Counted from the first letter of the stretch, positions 48,383-58,778 are shown. The stretch: DNA of 64,000 bases from Desulfomonilia bacterium (GCA_963664325.2 CAXXDQ010000008.1:224001-288000), one strand, 5' to 3'. The notes: generated by a model from the letters alone, not told the origin. Made by a program: numbers and translations.

Positions 48383-49813
48383 TTACAACTTCTCCCAGGT
48401 CGTTCCTTCAAGGGAGTCTTTCAGTTGTATACCTTTATCCTTAAGCATGTTCCTGATTTCATCCGCGCGTTTGAAATTCTTGTTTTTACGGGCTGCATTC
48501 CTTTCCTTGATAAATGCCTCAATGTCAGATTCGGTGAAGCCTGCCTCAATCAGGCCGGAATGTTTCATCTTTTCAAGGAATGCGGAAGGTTCTTCTTCAA
48601 GTATTCCCAGTACATCATTGATCAAGCTGACTGCTCCGGACATGGATATCTTGTCCATCGGCGTCAGAGATGAAGATTCATTTATTGTTTTGTTGACTGC
48701 TGTTGTAAGTTCATGAATGCAGGCTATTGCTCGCGCTGTGTTGAAATCGTCACACATAGCCTCGTCAAAACCTGTAATGAAGGTCTGTACAGTCTCTGTC
48801 AGCTTGGGTTCTCCTGAAATCTCGGGCGAAAGGCGGACACGCTCAAGCATCTCATAAAATCGGATAAGGGCCTGTCTCGATATTTCGAGGCCTTCCTCCG
48901 AGTAATCAATAGGGGTCCGGTAATGACTGGAAACAAGCATAAGCCTCAACACTTCGGGATGGGTAGTTTTTGTGATCTCTCTGATAGTGAGAAAGTTTCC
49001 GAGCGATTTGCTCATTTTCTCACCATTGATTGTTACAAAGCCGTTGTGAATCCAGTACTTGACGAAGGTCTTCTCATAAACACCCTCGGACTGTGCAATC
49101 TCGTTTTCATGATGCGGGAACATCAGGTCCTTGCCGCCGCCGTGAATGTCGAGCTGGGGTCCCAGATAATGAGTGCTCATGGCGGAGCACTCTATGTGCC
49201 AGCCTGGCCTGCCCTGAGACCACGGGCTTTCCCAATAGGGTTCTCCGGGCTTGCTCTTTTTCCACAGGGCGAAATCAAGCGGGTCCTCCTTGCTTTCATC
49301 GATATCAACTCTTGCCCCAGCAATCATCTCTTCGAGCCTGCGGCCGCTCAGATAGCCGTAAGGCCGGAATTTTGACACCCTGTAATAAACACTGCCGCCT
49401 GATTCATAGGCAAGCCCTTTATCGATAAGGATTCTGACCATTTCAATAATCTGAGGGATGTGCTCGGTGGCCCTGGGTTCGATGTCGGGTTTTTTTACCC
49501 TGAGGATGTCCATGTCTTTTGAAAATTCATCGATATACCGTTCTGCAAGATTCTGTGATGATACGCCTTCTTTGTTGGCGCGCACGATTATCTTGTCGTC
49601 CACGTCTGTATAATTGCGTACATATGTCAGGTCATAGCCCTTGTGACGCAGAAAACGTGACAGCACATCAAATACGATCTGGCTTCTGGCATGTCCGATG
49701 TGGCACATATCATATACGGTCATCCCGCAGACATACATGCCTACCTTGTTGCCGTTAAGAGGTTTGAACTCTTTTTTCCTTTTATCAGGTGTCGAATATA
49801 TCTCCAGGGCCAT
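48383..49813 (-). CDS. cysS: cysteine--tRNA ligase
   Basis: YVCGMTVYD..HIGHAR, DFALWK, GRPGWHIECSAM, FPHHENE, KMSKS. Confidence 0.98.
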   Translation of the reverse strand: MALEIYSTPDKRKKEFKPLNGNKVGMYVCGMTVYDMCHIGHARSQIVFDVLSRFLRHKGYDLTYVRNYTDVDDKIIVRANKEGVSSQNLAERYIDEFSKDMDILRVKKPDIEPRATEHIPQIIEMVRILIDKGLAYESGGSVYYRVSKFRPYGYLSGRRLEEMIAGARVDIDESKEDPLDFALWKKSKPGEPYWESPWSQGRPGWHIECSAMSTHYLGPQLDIHGGGKDLMFPHHENEIAQSEGVYEKTFVKYWIHNGFVTINGEKMSKSLGNFLTIREITKTTHPEVLRLMLVSSHYRTPIDYSEEGLEISRQALIRFYEMLERVRLSPEISGEPKLTETVQTFITGFDEAMCDDFNTARAIACIHELTTAVNKTINESSSLTPMDKISMSGAVSLINDVLGILEEEPSAFLEKMKHSGLIEAGFTESDIEAFIKERNAARKNKNFKRADEIRNMLKDKGIQLKDSLEGTTWEKL

Positions 49814-49818
49814 TTATA

Positions 49819-50301
49819 CTAATCCTTTCTTTCTTCAATAAGTGCGACTGCCTGTGCCGCTATTGCTTTAGAACTGCCGATCTCACCAAGGCCCTCGTGC
49901 GTTCGGAACTTGATAGAAACCTGTGATTTGCTTATTCCTGCGGCATTTGAAATCTTTTCTATCATTGCATCACGGTATCCGGAAAGCCTCGGTTTTTCGC
50001 AGATGCAGCTGCAATCTATATTGGAGATCGTGTAGCCTTTTTTCGCATTTTCAGCAACCGCTTCAAGCATTCTCAGTGAATAAATATCCTTCGTTTCCGG
50101 TGAGGTGTCAGGGAACATAAGACCTATATCACCCATTGCAAGTGCGCCAAGTATTGCATCACATATGGCATGTATAATGACATCACCGTCAGAATGGCCC
50201 AGAAGGCCTTTTTCGAAAGGGATAGTCACTCCGCCAAGTATAAGCGGCCTGCCTTCAACGAGTCTGTGAATGTCAAACCCTGTTCCGATTCTGAAAGGCA
50301 T
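49819..50301 (-). CDS. ispF: 2-C-methyl-D-erythritol 2,4-cyclodiphosphate synthase
   Basis: RIG.GFDIH, GHSDGDV..HA..DA.LGA, GDIG..FPD. Confidence 0.97.
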   Translation of the reverse strand: MPFRIGTGFDIHRLVEGRPLILGGVTIPFEKGLLGHSDGDVIIHAICDAILGALAMGDIGLMFPDTSPETKDIYSLRMLEAVAENAKKGYTISNIDCSCICEKPRLSGYRDAMIEKISNAAGISKSQVSIKFRTHEGLGEIGSSKAIAAQAVALIEERKD

Positions 50302-50953
50302 AAATCGCCTCCGCCAAGATTATGTCTTCCGGGAGCGTTATCTTTATGTTGAAACGCTCTCCTTCTGTTATTTTAACTCTTCCGCCTGATTCCTCGATTA
50401 GGATGCTGTCGTCGGTCGGTATATATTCTCTTCCAATGGCCTTCTTATGCGCGCTAATTATCTTTTCCATTTTGAATGCCTGAGGTGTCTGAACAGCAAA
50501 GAGGTATTCACGAGGTATGGTTTTCCTGATAAAACCATTTTCGGCAATCTTGATTGTATCTATGACCGGCAAAACCGGGATACATCCGTCGGCATCCTTT
50601 GTCCCTTCAATAACCCTTTGGATAAGGGAGGCTGTTACGAAGGGTCTCACGCCATCATGGATAAGCGCGATATCACAAACACCTGCCGCATTGAGACCGT
50701 TCATGACAGAGTCAGACCTTGTCTTACCGCCAGATACCACTCTGATTTCATTTTTGAATTCCTTGAGCAAGGTTTGTGCTTTATCGATATCTTCATCCGG
50801 TACTACAACGATAATCCTGTTTATATGAGGGACGTCAAATGCCCTAACGGTTATTTTAAGGACGCTTTCTCCCGCAAGTTTTATAAACTGTTTTTTTCCT
50901 CCGAACCTTTTGCCGCTGCCGCCTGCTACGATTATCGCACTACAGGTTTCCAT
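50273..50953 (-). CDS. ispD: 2-C-methyl-D-erythritol 4-phosphate cytidylyltransferase
   Basis: AGGSGKRF...KQF, GG.TR.DSV, IHDGVRP, QTPQAF, TDD, NIKIT.PED. Confidence 0.96.
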   Translation of the reverse strand: METCSAIIVAGGSGKRFGGKKQFIKLAGESVLKITVRAFDVPHINRIIVVVPDEDIDKAQTLLKEFKNEIRVVSGGKTRSDSVMNGLNAAGVCDIALIHDGVRPFVTASLIQRVIEGTKDADGCIPVLPVIDTIKIAENGFIRKTIPREYLFAVQTPQAFKMEKIISAHKKAIGREYIPTDDSILIEESGGRVKITEGERFNIKITLPEDIILAEAIYAFQNRNRV

Positions 50954-51926
50954 TCTTTGAAGAGGCAAATATCATACGTCCCGCAGGTGTTTGCAGGATC
51001 GAGGTTACGACTGCTTCGATTTCTGTATTCAGGAGATTCTCTCCCTGTTCAATTACGACCATCGTCCCGTCATCAAGATATGCAACGCCCTGTCCTTTTT
51101 CCTTGCCCTGCTTTGTCACTGTAACCGTGAGTGTCTCGCCCGGAAGAACGATAGGCTTAATGGCATTTGCCAGCAGATTTATATTAAGAACATTAACACC
51201 CCTTATCTGTGCAACTTTGTTCAGGTTAAAGTCGTTTGTCAGAATATCGGCATCAAGGTCTTTTGCAAGAGAGATCAGTTTTGAGTCAACCTCTTTAATC
51301 TTTGCATATTCACTTTCGTTTATCTCTATTTTTATATTCGGGATAGTCTGAAGCTTGTTGAGCACATCAAGACCGCGCCTTCCTCGGGCCCTCTTCAGAC
51401 CGTCTGTCGAGTCAGCTATATGCTGCAGCTCATTCAGAACAAATTGCGGTACAATTATCTTGCCCTCTATAAAGCCTGTGGAGCAAATATCAGGTATCCT
51501 GCCGTCGATTATAACGCTTGTATCGAGAATCTTTGAGCGGGGTACTCCTGTATTTTTCTTTCTTGCAAAAACGGGAAGGTTCCCTAATTCTTTACCCCAT
51601 CCAACGCCTATCGAATATCCCAGGTACCCGAAAATAACGTTTAAGATAAAGAAGATGTAAATCCCGCCCGAAACCTTATCGAGAAAATTATATCCGATGA
51701 GTGTTCCTATGATCAGCCCGAGAATTGTGCAGAGAAGTCCTCCAACATATGCCATTGGATGCAATGAAAATCCTTTTATTTCTGAAATAACAATCGACCC
51801 GAAGGATAAAAGTCCTATGGCAGGGAATATAATCATCCAGTACCATTCATTCATGTTTTGCTGGGCATAGGTGTAGGTGCCATAAAAAATAATTACTGCG
51901 ATGGCTAATCTGATTACCCACTTCAT
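50940..51926 (-). CDS. membrane PIN/TRAM domain protein (YacL-like)
   Basis: TM helices; KILDTSVIIDGRI, RGRRGLD, TNDFNLNKVA, QGVAYLDDGTMVV, GRMIF. Confidence 0.93.
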   Translation of the reverse strand: MKWVIRLAIAVIIFYGTYTYAQQNMNEWYWMIIFPAIGLLSFGSIVISEIKGFSLHPMAYVGGLLCTILGLIIGTLIGYNFLDKVSGGIYIFFILNVIFGYLGYSIGVGWGKELGNLPVFARKKNTGVPRSKILDTSVIIDGRIPDICSTGFIEGKIIVPQFVLNELQHIADSTDGLKRARGRRGLDVLNKLQTIPNIKIEINESEYAKIKEVDSKLISLAKDLDADILTNDFNLNKVAQIRGVNVLNINLLANAIKPIVLPGETLTVTVTKQGKEKGQGVAYLDDGTMVVIEQGENLLNTEIEAVVTSILQTPAGRMIFASSKNGNL

Positions 51927-51947
51927 GTCAGTTCATCCTGAAAAGTT

Positions 51948-52433
51948 TCATTCCTTGCCAAGGGCATCCGTAATCTTTTTCTCGACCGCTGTTTTATCCA
52001 GTTTTCTGGAGATGAAGATTTCGTTGACCAGCAATGTTTTGGCCGTATCATACATCTTGCGTTCGCCGAAAGAGAGATCTTTTCCTTTTTTCAATATATT
52101 GAGGTCCCTTAGTACCTCAGCAATTTCCGTCGCATTACCGCTTTTAATTTTTTCCATATATTCCCTGTAGCGGCGGTTCCATGTCTGGTTGTCAATTTGA
52201 ACGTCCTTTTGCTTTAAAATGTTATATACCTTTTCAATCTCGGCCTTGCCTATCAAGGGTCTTATTCCGACATTATTAATGTTGCTTACAGGAACCATAA
52301 CCGTCATCTGGGTATCAAGGACTTTCATTATCATGAATGAAAGCTTAGTGCCTGAAATATCTCTTTCTTCGATGGATTCGATCTCAGCTACACCATGAGC
52401 GGGATAAACGACCACATCATTAACTTTGAACAT
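51948..52433 (-). CDS. carD: CarD/CdnL family RNA polymerase-binding regulator
   Basis: MFKVND.VVYPAHGV, TWNRRYRE..EKIKSG, LSFGER; start moved to ATG 52433. Confidence 0.95.
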   Translation of the reverse strand: MFKVNDVVVYPAHGVAEIESIEERDISGTKLSFMIMKVLDTQMTVMVPVSNINNVGIRPLIGKAEIEKVYNILKQKDVQIDNQTWNRRYREYMEKIKSGNATEIAEVLRDLNILKKGKDLSFGERKMYDTAKTLLVNEIFISRKLDKTAVEKKITDALGKE

Positions 52434-52458
52434 GTCTGATTTTCCTTTCAATCTGAAA

Positions 52459-52487
52459 ATAATACCAAACGCTGGGAAATAAGTCAA
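52459..52487 (-). promoter_or_regulatory. sigma70 promoter of the carD-yacL-ispD-ispF-cysS operon
   Basis: TTGACT-N17-TATTAT with an extended -10 TG. Confidence 0.7.
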
Positions 52488-52544
52488 TATAACCCCTGGC
52501 GGGGCTCTTGACTTTAGCACCTTTGATATGAGAATCATGAATAC

Positions 52545-53399
52545 ATGAAATATCCGAATATCGATCCGGTTCTTGTTAATATTTGGGGGCCATTGCAGAT
52601 AAGATGGTATGGACTGATGTATGTTATTGGTTTCGTCATAGCCTTTCTAATCGTAAACGCCGCTTCAAAGAGAAGAGAAAATGGTTTGTCAAGAACTGAT
52701 ATTGAGGATCTGTTTGCCTATTCGATTGCCGGACTTATTATAGGCGCACGTGTGGGGTATTGCATTATCTATGATTTTTCATATTACATGAGCAGGCCGC
52801 TTGAGTTCATTATGCCATGGAAGGGAGGTATGTCTTTTCATGGAGGATTTGTAGGTCTGCTTTTAGCAGGCTATATTTTTGCTAAAAGAAGAAATAAAAA
52901 CTTCATGATGCTTGCGGATATGGGTGCACTCAGTGCTCCGCCAGGTCTTTTCTTCGGAAGAATTGGAAATTTCATAAACGGCGAACTGTATGGACGCATC
53001 ACGGATGTTCCATGGGGAATGATATTTCCCGGGGGTGGTCCGCAGCCAAGGCATCCATCTCAACTGTATGAAGCATCCCTTGAAGGTATTGTACTTTTTA
53101 TTATAGTATACGGACTTAGTTACAAAACAAAAGTTCATGGTGTAATACTGTCGGCATTCATTTTCTTTTATGGACTGTTCAGGTTCATATTGGAATTTTT
53201 CAGGCAGCCGGACATCCAGAAGGGATTCGTATTAGGTCCTTTCAGCATGGGACAGGTTCTTTGCTTTATGATGATGGGGATGGGAGTCTATATCTTTTTC
53301 TATGCAAGGACTCATAATGAACCTGAAAAAGCTGTATCCCTGAAGCAGACTGTCGGCAGACAGAATCAGTCAAAAAAGAAAAAAGTAAAACCAAGATAA
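52545..53399 (+). CDS. lgt: prolipoprotein diacylglyceryl transferase
   Basis: IRWYGLMY, GARVGY, GGMSFHGG, GRIGNFINGELYGR, RHPSQLYE, EFFRQPD. Confidence 0.97.
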   Translation: MKYPNIDPVLVNIWGPLQIRWYGLMYVIGFVIAFLIVNAASKRRENGLSRTDIEDLFAYSIAGLIIGARVGYCIIYDFSYYMSRPLEFIMPWKGGMSFHGGFVGLLLAGYIFAKRRNKNFMMLADMGALSAPPGLFFGRIGNFINGELYGRITDVPWGMIFPGGGPQPRHPSQLYEASLEGIVLFIIVYGLSYKTKVHGVILSAFIFFYGLFRFILEFFRQPDIQKGFVLGPFSMGQVLCFMMMGMGVYIFFYARTHNEPEKAVSLKQTVGRQNQSKKKKVKPR

Positions 53400-53402
53400 T
53401 TT

Positions 53403-55300
53403 ATGGTTGCCGGCAGCAGTCTCATCTCAAACAAAAGGGCATTTCTAAACTACAACCGTTATAAACACAGAATAATGTATGAAAATGATTCCGTTAGGGC
53501 GGACATGGTATTGAAACTGATTCCGCTGCTTCTTCATTTGAACCATCCCAGGTTGCCGGGATATTCGGAAAGTGAAGATTGTCCATGTGGCATTAAAATC
53601 ATGGAGAGGCCAGATGAAACAAAAATGGAAATCCTCTCAATGATACCTGATAAAATATCTTTGAAGTCCATTCAGGAAAGCATGCCTCGAGCGCGCGAAA
53701 TTGAAGGGCTGTTTACAATAGGCAGTCTTGGAAGCGTAGGTGAAACACAAGATAGTGATTGTGACATATGGGTTGTGGTCAATGCAGGCGACATTGGCGC
53801 TTCCCGTATCAAACTGCTTGAGAAGAAACTTGGAATCATAAGCAAATGGGCTTCAGTGTTATACAATATGGAAGTGTATTTTTACCTGCTGGACATTAAT
53901 GACATTAGAAACAACAATTTCGGAGCGATTTCTCATGAAGGGGCAGGATCATCTCTTAAAAGTCTTCTCAAAGAAGAGTTTTACAGGACTATGACCCTGA
54001 TTGAGGGAAGGATTCCCGTCTGGTGGATAATACCAGTAACCGGAAATAAAGATGCATACAAAGAGTCTCTAAACAACTTATCTTCCATTGATGGAAACAA
54101 TCCGGATGATTTTCTTGACCTTGGTGACCTTGAAGAAATTCCAAGGGACGAGTTACTGGGAGCTGCTTTATGGCAAATGCATAAAGCATTAAGCGACCCA
54201 CTTAAAAGCGTTTTGAAAATGGCACAGGTAAAGATGCATCTTGAAACTAAAGGCAGTGCGGAATTATTCTGTAACAATCTTAAGAAGAAGGTTCATGAAG
54301 CAAGGTATGAGGAGGTTATTGATCCGTATATAGAAGCCTTTAAAAGCATCGAAAGGCATTATTCACAGGAAACGCATTCCTATACGGCAGATCTGATGAG
54401 AAAGTGCATGTACCTGAAATCATCACCCGGCATTAAACCTTATCATCTGCTGTCAATCGGAAAAGCCGATAAACAGGCCTTGATTTCAGACCTTGTAAGA
54501 GAATGGGGATGGTCTTTAAAAACAGTTGAACATCTTAATGACTTTCCGGACTGGAACACAAAGACATATAAACTTTTCGGCAATCAGATACATGAATTCC
54601 TGAACGTGTCAGCTATGGCACTTCTTAAAGATACCCCATCGGCAGATTCAAAAGCCAATGTTTCTCAAGATCTTGAAATAGAGGTTTTAAGGCGCAGAAT
54701 AGAATCAGTTTATGTTAAAAAAGAAGATAAGATAGAAAGTGAAAAAAGGATACAAAAACATGAAAGGGCATATGATGACCTTTATTTCGGTTATACACGA
54801 GGGGTCTGGGAAGTGTTCAATAATCCTGATTTTACGGATCAAGCCGGTGTGATTTCATCCGCAAGGAGAATTTCATCAGTTATAGCCTGGCTCGTTTTAA
54901 ACAGACGGTTCAGCAGCACCACTTCATGCCACATGCTTCCAAACCCCACCAGTACTTACCTGTCTGATGTCCAGACCTTGATGAGGGACATAATGAAAAT
55001 AATACCAGATGCGGCCACGATTGGTCTTGACAGGGAATCACTTCTTAAAAGAATGTCGGTAAGTACTGTAATCCTGATCGGAAACCTCGAGCAGCCTTTG
55101 TCCCCGTAATAAAAGAAATAGATGTAATGGCATTGAACAACTGGAGCGAACTTTACTGTATGCAGATGGATAAAGAAGAATTAAAAGCATGGTTTAACAA
55201 TGCAAGTTCAAAAGATACAAAGATTAATCTTTGGCTGCCGGGAGGCGGTGATTCAAAAAGCCTGGCAAGGGAGCTTATGGCAGTAATAGGCAAGGGGTGA
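53403..55300 (+). CDS. cyaA: class I adenylate cyclase, frameshifted near 55092-55106 (ORF as given stops at 55109; homology continues in the -1 frame to TGA 55298-55300)
   Basis: PLLLH.NH..LPGY, GSLGSVG....SDCDIW, LLKEEFYRT, LWQ..K....P.KS.LK. The -1 frame gives IKEIDVMALNNWSELY, matching the family D....N.W.E motif. Confidence 0.8.
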
Positions 55301-55303
55301 TGA

Positions 55304-56143
55304 TTGGCTGAGAATAGGGTTAAAATCGGAATATGCCAGTTAAAGCAGGACCTTGATATTTCCTGTAATATTCGGAAATCAGCAGACATGGTTGAAGAAG
55401 CAGCCGGAAACGGGGCTGATATCGCTGTCCTGCCAGAGATGTTTTTGTGTCCTTATGAACCTTTTTATATAAAAAGAGCGGTAAAAAGCGCGGAGTATGC
55501 AATTGACATATTGAAAAAGACGGCTCTAAGAAATCGGATATATGTTGTCGCTGGAAGCGTACCCTGGACTATCGCCGGTGCAAAGCCGTATAACAGGGCG
55601 TATGTAATTGATCCCGCGGGAGAAGAAATATTCTTGCATGATAAAATACACCTGTTTGACTGTTATCCTCCGGGTGGAGCGGAAGTTGTTGAATCGGCGG
55701 CTGTGCAGCCTGGAAATACTCTCGGTGCATTTAAAACCCCATGGGGTATGTGTTCGGTCATTGTTTGTTATGATATCAGATTTACGGCCCTTTCACAGCT
55801 TCTGGCAAATATGGGGGTGAAGATATTGTTTGTTCCTGCAGCATTTTCAATGACAACAGGCCCGGCCCACTGGGATATGCTGGTGAGGATGCGTGCCATG
55901 GAACTGCAGGGATATGTTGCGGGAATACAGCCTGCGAGGAACAATAAGTTTAACTATATTCCTTATGGCCACTCGATTATTGCGGGACCCTTCGGGGAAG
56001 TCATAGCCGATTTGGGAGAAGATGAATCCTCAAGCGTAATCGGGATCGATCTTAACGAATGCGACAATTTAAAAAAACGCTTTCCCCTTCTTGAACACAG
56101 AAGGTCGGATATTTACAGGACGGTATGGCTGAATGAAGATTGA
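55304..56143 (+). CDS. carbon-nitrogen hydrolase (Nit1/Nit2 omega-amidase-like)
   Basis: LPEMF, KIHLFD, VCYDIRF, PAAF..TTGPAHW, GHS. Confidence 0.92.
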   Translation: MAENRVKIGICQLKQDLDISCNIRKSADMVEEAAGNGADIAVLPEMFLCPYEPFYIKRAVKSAEYAIDILKKTALRNRIYVVAGSVPWTIAGAKPYNRAYVIDPAGEEIFLHDKIHLFDCYPPGGAEVVESAAVQPGNTLGAFKTPWGMCSVIVCYDIRFTALSQLLANMGVKILFVPAAFSMTTGPAHWDMLVRMRAMELQGYVAGIQPARNNKFNYIPYGHSIIAGPFGEVIADLGEDESSSVIGIDLNECDNLKKRFPLLEHRRSDIYRTVWLNED

Positions 56144-56885
56144 AATTAATGGGCTGAGAAAATCATTTAAAGGCCAGAAGATTCTCGACGGCATTGACCT
56201 TATAATACCTGAAGGGAAAACTACGGTAATCATCGGACCCAGCGGCACCGGCAAAAGTGTCATGATTAAACATATCCTCGGGCTTATAAAACCTGACGAT
56301 GGAGAGATATTGATCAACGGCAAAGATGTTACAAAAATGAATGATATCGAACTGAATGAAATAAGAAAAGACTTTGGCGTATGTTTCCAGGATGCGGCAT
56401 TATTTGATTCGATGTCTGTCGGTGAAAATGTCGGGTTCCCGTACATGGTTCATAAAAAAATGACAAAAAATGAAATTTTTATGAGGGTATCAGAACTTCT
56501 GAAAGAGGTCGGTCTGGCAGGAATTCATGAAAAACTTCCTTCCCAGCTATCAGGGGGCATGAGAAAAAGGGTCGGCCTTGCAAGGGCGATTGCTATGGAT
56601 CCCAAAATATTGCTTTTTGATGAGCCGACCACCGGGCTTGATCCTGTAATGAGCAATGCAATCAACATACTTATTAAAGAGGTCCAGAAAAAGACCAGGG
56701 CAACGAGCCTTGTGATAAGTCATGATATACACGGGGCACTCATGATGGCCGACTATATGGCCATGCTCTATAAGGGCAGGATCGTATTCACAGGAGGGCC
56801 TGAGGATTTTGTCGACACAAACGATCCACTAATACGGCAATACATGGAGGGCGGAATCGAGGGCCCTATCAATCCGATTCAGTAA
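56133..56885 (+). CDS. ABC transporter ATP-binding protein, MlaF/Mkl/Ttg2A type
   Basis: GPSGTGKS, FQDAALFDS, LSGGMRKRVGLARA, DEPTTGLDP, ISHD, GPI. Confidence 0.92.
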   Translation: MKIEINGLRKSFKGQKILDGIDLIIPEGKTTVIIGPSGTGKSVMIKHILGLIKPDDGEILINGKDVTKMNDIELNEIRKDFGVCFQDAALFDSMSVGENVGFPYMVHKKMTKNEIFMRVSELLKEVGLAGIHEKLPSQLSGGMRKRVGLARAIAMDPKILLFDEPTTGLDPVMSNAINILIKEVQKKTRATSLVISHDIHGALMMADYMAMLYKGRIVFTGGPEDFVDTNDPLIRQYMEGGIEGPINPIQ

Positions 56886-56887
56886 TC

Positions 56888-57347
56888 TCAGGGCATCTCA
56901 AAAGAAGCATCCGGGCTTTTTACCGTAAGAACAGGACATGCCGATTTTTTTTATTACTTTTTCAGCCGTACTTCCGAATAGCACATGCCGGATGCCTGTG
57001 CGGCCATGAGACCCGATCACGATCAGATCAACGCCTTCATCCCTGGAAAACTGGATGATTTCATAGAACGGTACCCCATGGATGATATAAGTATCGCAGG
57101 TTGTATCTTTTGGAACCAGTGTACTTACGATTTCCTCAAGCTTGCTCGTGGCGTTCTGCTCGAATTCCGCATACAGTTGCGGCAAAATAGTAGGACTGAG
57201 ATTGAACTCCGAAAAGTCTGTTATATCCTGCAATACATGAAGGATGTAAAGTCTAGCGCCAAAAGACTTGTTAAGCTCGATTGCATACTTCAAAGCATGC
57301 ATGGACGAGGAACTGAAATCGGTAGGTATCAGTATTTTTTTTATCAT
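56888..57347 (-). CDS. universal stress protein (UspA family) with a +1 frameshift in an A8 run near the C-terminus
   Basis: KILIPTDFS, DLIVIGSHGRTG...FGSTAEKV. Removing one A restores KSACPVLTVKSP...MP* ending at 56888. Confidence 0.88.
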
Positions 57348-57444
57348 GTATTCTAAACTAATTATAAATATACATGAGTCAATACCCGTGAATGAATTTT
57401 TTAAGAAATTGCATTGTCATCTTGTTATGGTTTATAGACCAGAC

Positions 57445-58041
57445 ATGAAACAGTCATTTCCTTTAATAGTTTTCTTGATCCTTATTATGGCAGGCTGTGC
57501 AACAGTAAAAATCGAGAATAAAAATGTTTTCCCATTCAGGGCCGGTTTTAAAATCAGGGGAACTGTCAGCAATTCGGGAATAGATCTGGATGGAGCGATG
57601 CTCGTTTCATCACCCGAATCGGGGGTTTTACAGTTATACGGACCAGGAGGGATAGCTGTTAATACGTTAGTGATGGATGATGGCACTGCAAGGCTTACAG
57701 ACACATGGAACAGAGAGATCGGCAGCTATAAAGTGCCTGTTAAGAATATGGCGGGGTTGCTTGCAGGCCTGCCGCCTTCCGGCTTGCGGTGTACAAAGAA
57801 AAATGAAAAAGGTGAAACAGAGATGAAATATCTCTGGGGTAATATTGTCCTCGACGAATATCTTCTTCCCGTCAGGATAATTATGAAAGGCAACCAGCAT
57901 ACAAATGCTGTTTTTTCAAGGATGGCCCGTGGTATTGACTTGATGATAACACGGGGTTCTGATAATTTTATTGTAAATATTTACCCCATTGAAGGCGGGA
58001 GATGGAAAGATGCTGAAAGTGAAATGCAGGACGTGCGGTAA
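57445..58041 (+). CDS. hypothetical lipoprotein (possible LolB/LolA-like fold)
   Basis: Lipobox MAGC after ATG 57445; LQLYGPGG resembles the LolB L...GPLG motif; beta-rich. Confidence 0.55.
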   Translation: MKQSFPLIVFLILIMAGCATVKIENKNVFPFRAGFKIRGTVSNSGIDLDGAMLVSSPESGVLQLYGPGGIAVNTLVMDDGTARLTDTWNREIGSYKVPVKNMAGLLAGLPPSGLRCTKKNEKGETEMKYLWGNIVLDEYLLPVRIIMKGNQHTNAVFSRMARGIDLMITRGSDNFIVNIYPIEGGRWKDAESEMQDVR

Positions 58042-58399
58042 CGAAACTTTCTGGAATGATTTTGACGGGAGCACATTCAAGTGCCCCAATTGCGGTGAAA
58101 CCATGAATATCCATCAGTCGTTAAAGGATAACATAGACCGCAGGGTATTCGGTGAAGGAAAGAAAAAACACCGTTGCCCGAACTGCAAGAATTTTATTGA
58201 AAAAAGATATTTTGCCAAATGCCCGTCGTGCGGGAAATGGCTTATCGGCAAGTATTCGATGAGCGGGAAATGGTTCGTATTTACAATCATCGTGGTTTTA
58301 TACCTGATTGTATCAATAATTTATCATAATTTTGGTATAAACGAGAATCCTCGTTCAACTAATTCAAAAAATGTTGTGAAAGAATGGCTGTATCGCTAG
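58010..58399 (+). CDS. double zinc-ribbon membrane protein
   Basis: CRTC, CPNC, CPNC, CPSC, followed by one TM helix. Confidence 0.7.
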   Translation: MLKVKCRTCGNETFWNDFDGSTFKCPNCGETMNIHQSLKDNIDRRVFGEGKKKHRCPNCKNFIEKRYFAKCPSCGKWLIGKYSMSGKWFVFTIIVVLYLIVSIIYHNFGINENPRSTNSKNVVKEWLYR

Positions 58400-58743
58400 G
58401 AAAAATAAAGTCACTCCAGGAAAGATTTGGCGCACTTGGTATTGATGAAAAGGATATCATTGAAAAATTTGTCCGGTCGCAGGGCAAGGGCGGGCAGAAG
58501 GTAAACAAGACATCCACATGCGTGTATCTCAGGCATGGCCCAACAGGCATTGAGGTAAAATGCCAGGAGGACAGATCACAGGCCTTGAACCGTTTTTATG
58601 CAAGGCGCATACTGGCTGATAAGATTGAGGAATCGATTACAGGCAAAAAACCTGAAAAAGTTCAGAAGATACGAAAACAGAAATGCAGGCGGGCCAGAAG
58701 GGCAAAAGCCAAGGTCAGTAATAATAATGATATTTCATCCTGA
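58384..58743 (+). CDS. peptide chain release factor-like protein (ArfB/C12orf65-type GGQ hydrolase)
   Basis: EKFVRSQGKGGQKVNKT, RSQ.LNR, basic C-terminal tail. Confidence 0.9.
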   Translation: MAVSLGKIKSLQERFGALGIDEKDIIEKFVRSQGKGGQKVNKTSTCVYLRHGPTGIEVKCQEDRSQALNRFYARRILADKIEESITGKKPEKVQKIRKQKCRRARRAKAKVSNNNDISS

Positions 58744-58778
58744 ATATAAGAAAACCTGTTTGCAATAACAGACATTTC

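Noticed and set aside
50940-51926. PIN-domain toxin of a toxin-antitoxin system
   Set aside because: It is the membrane PIN/TRAM (YacL) protein in its usual carD-ispD-ispF-cysS context.
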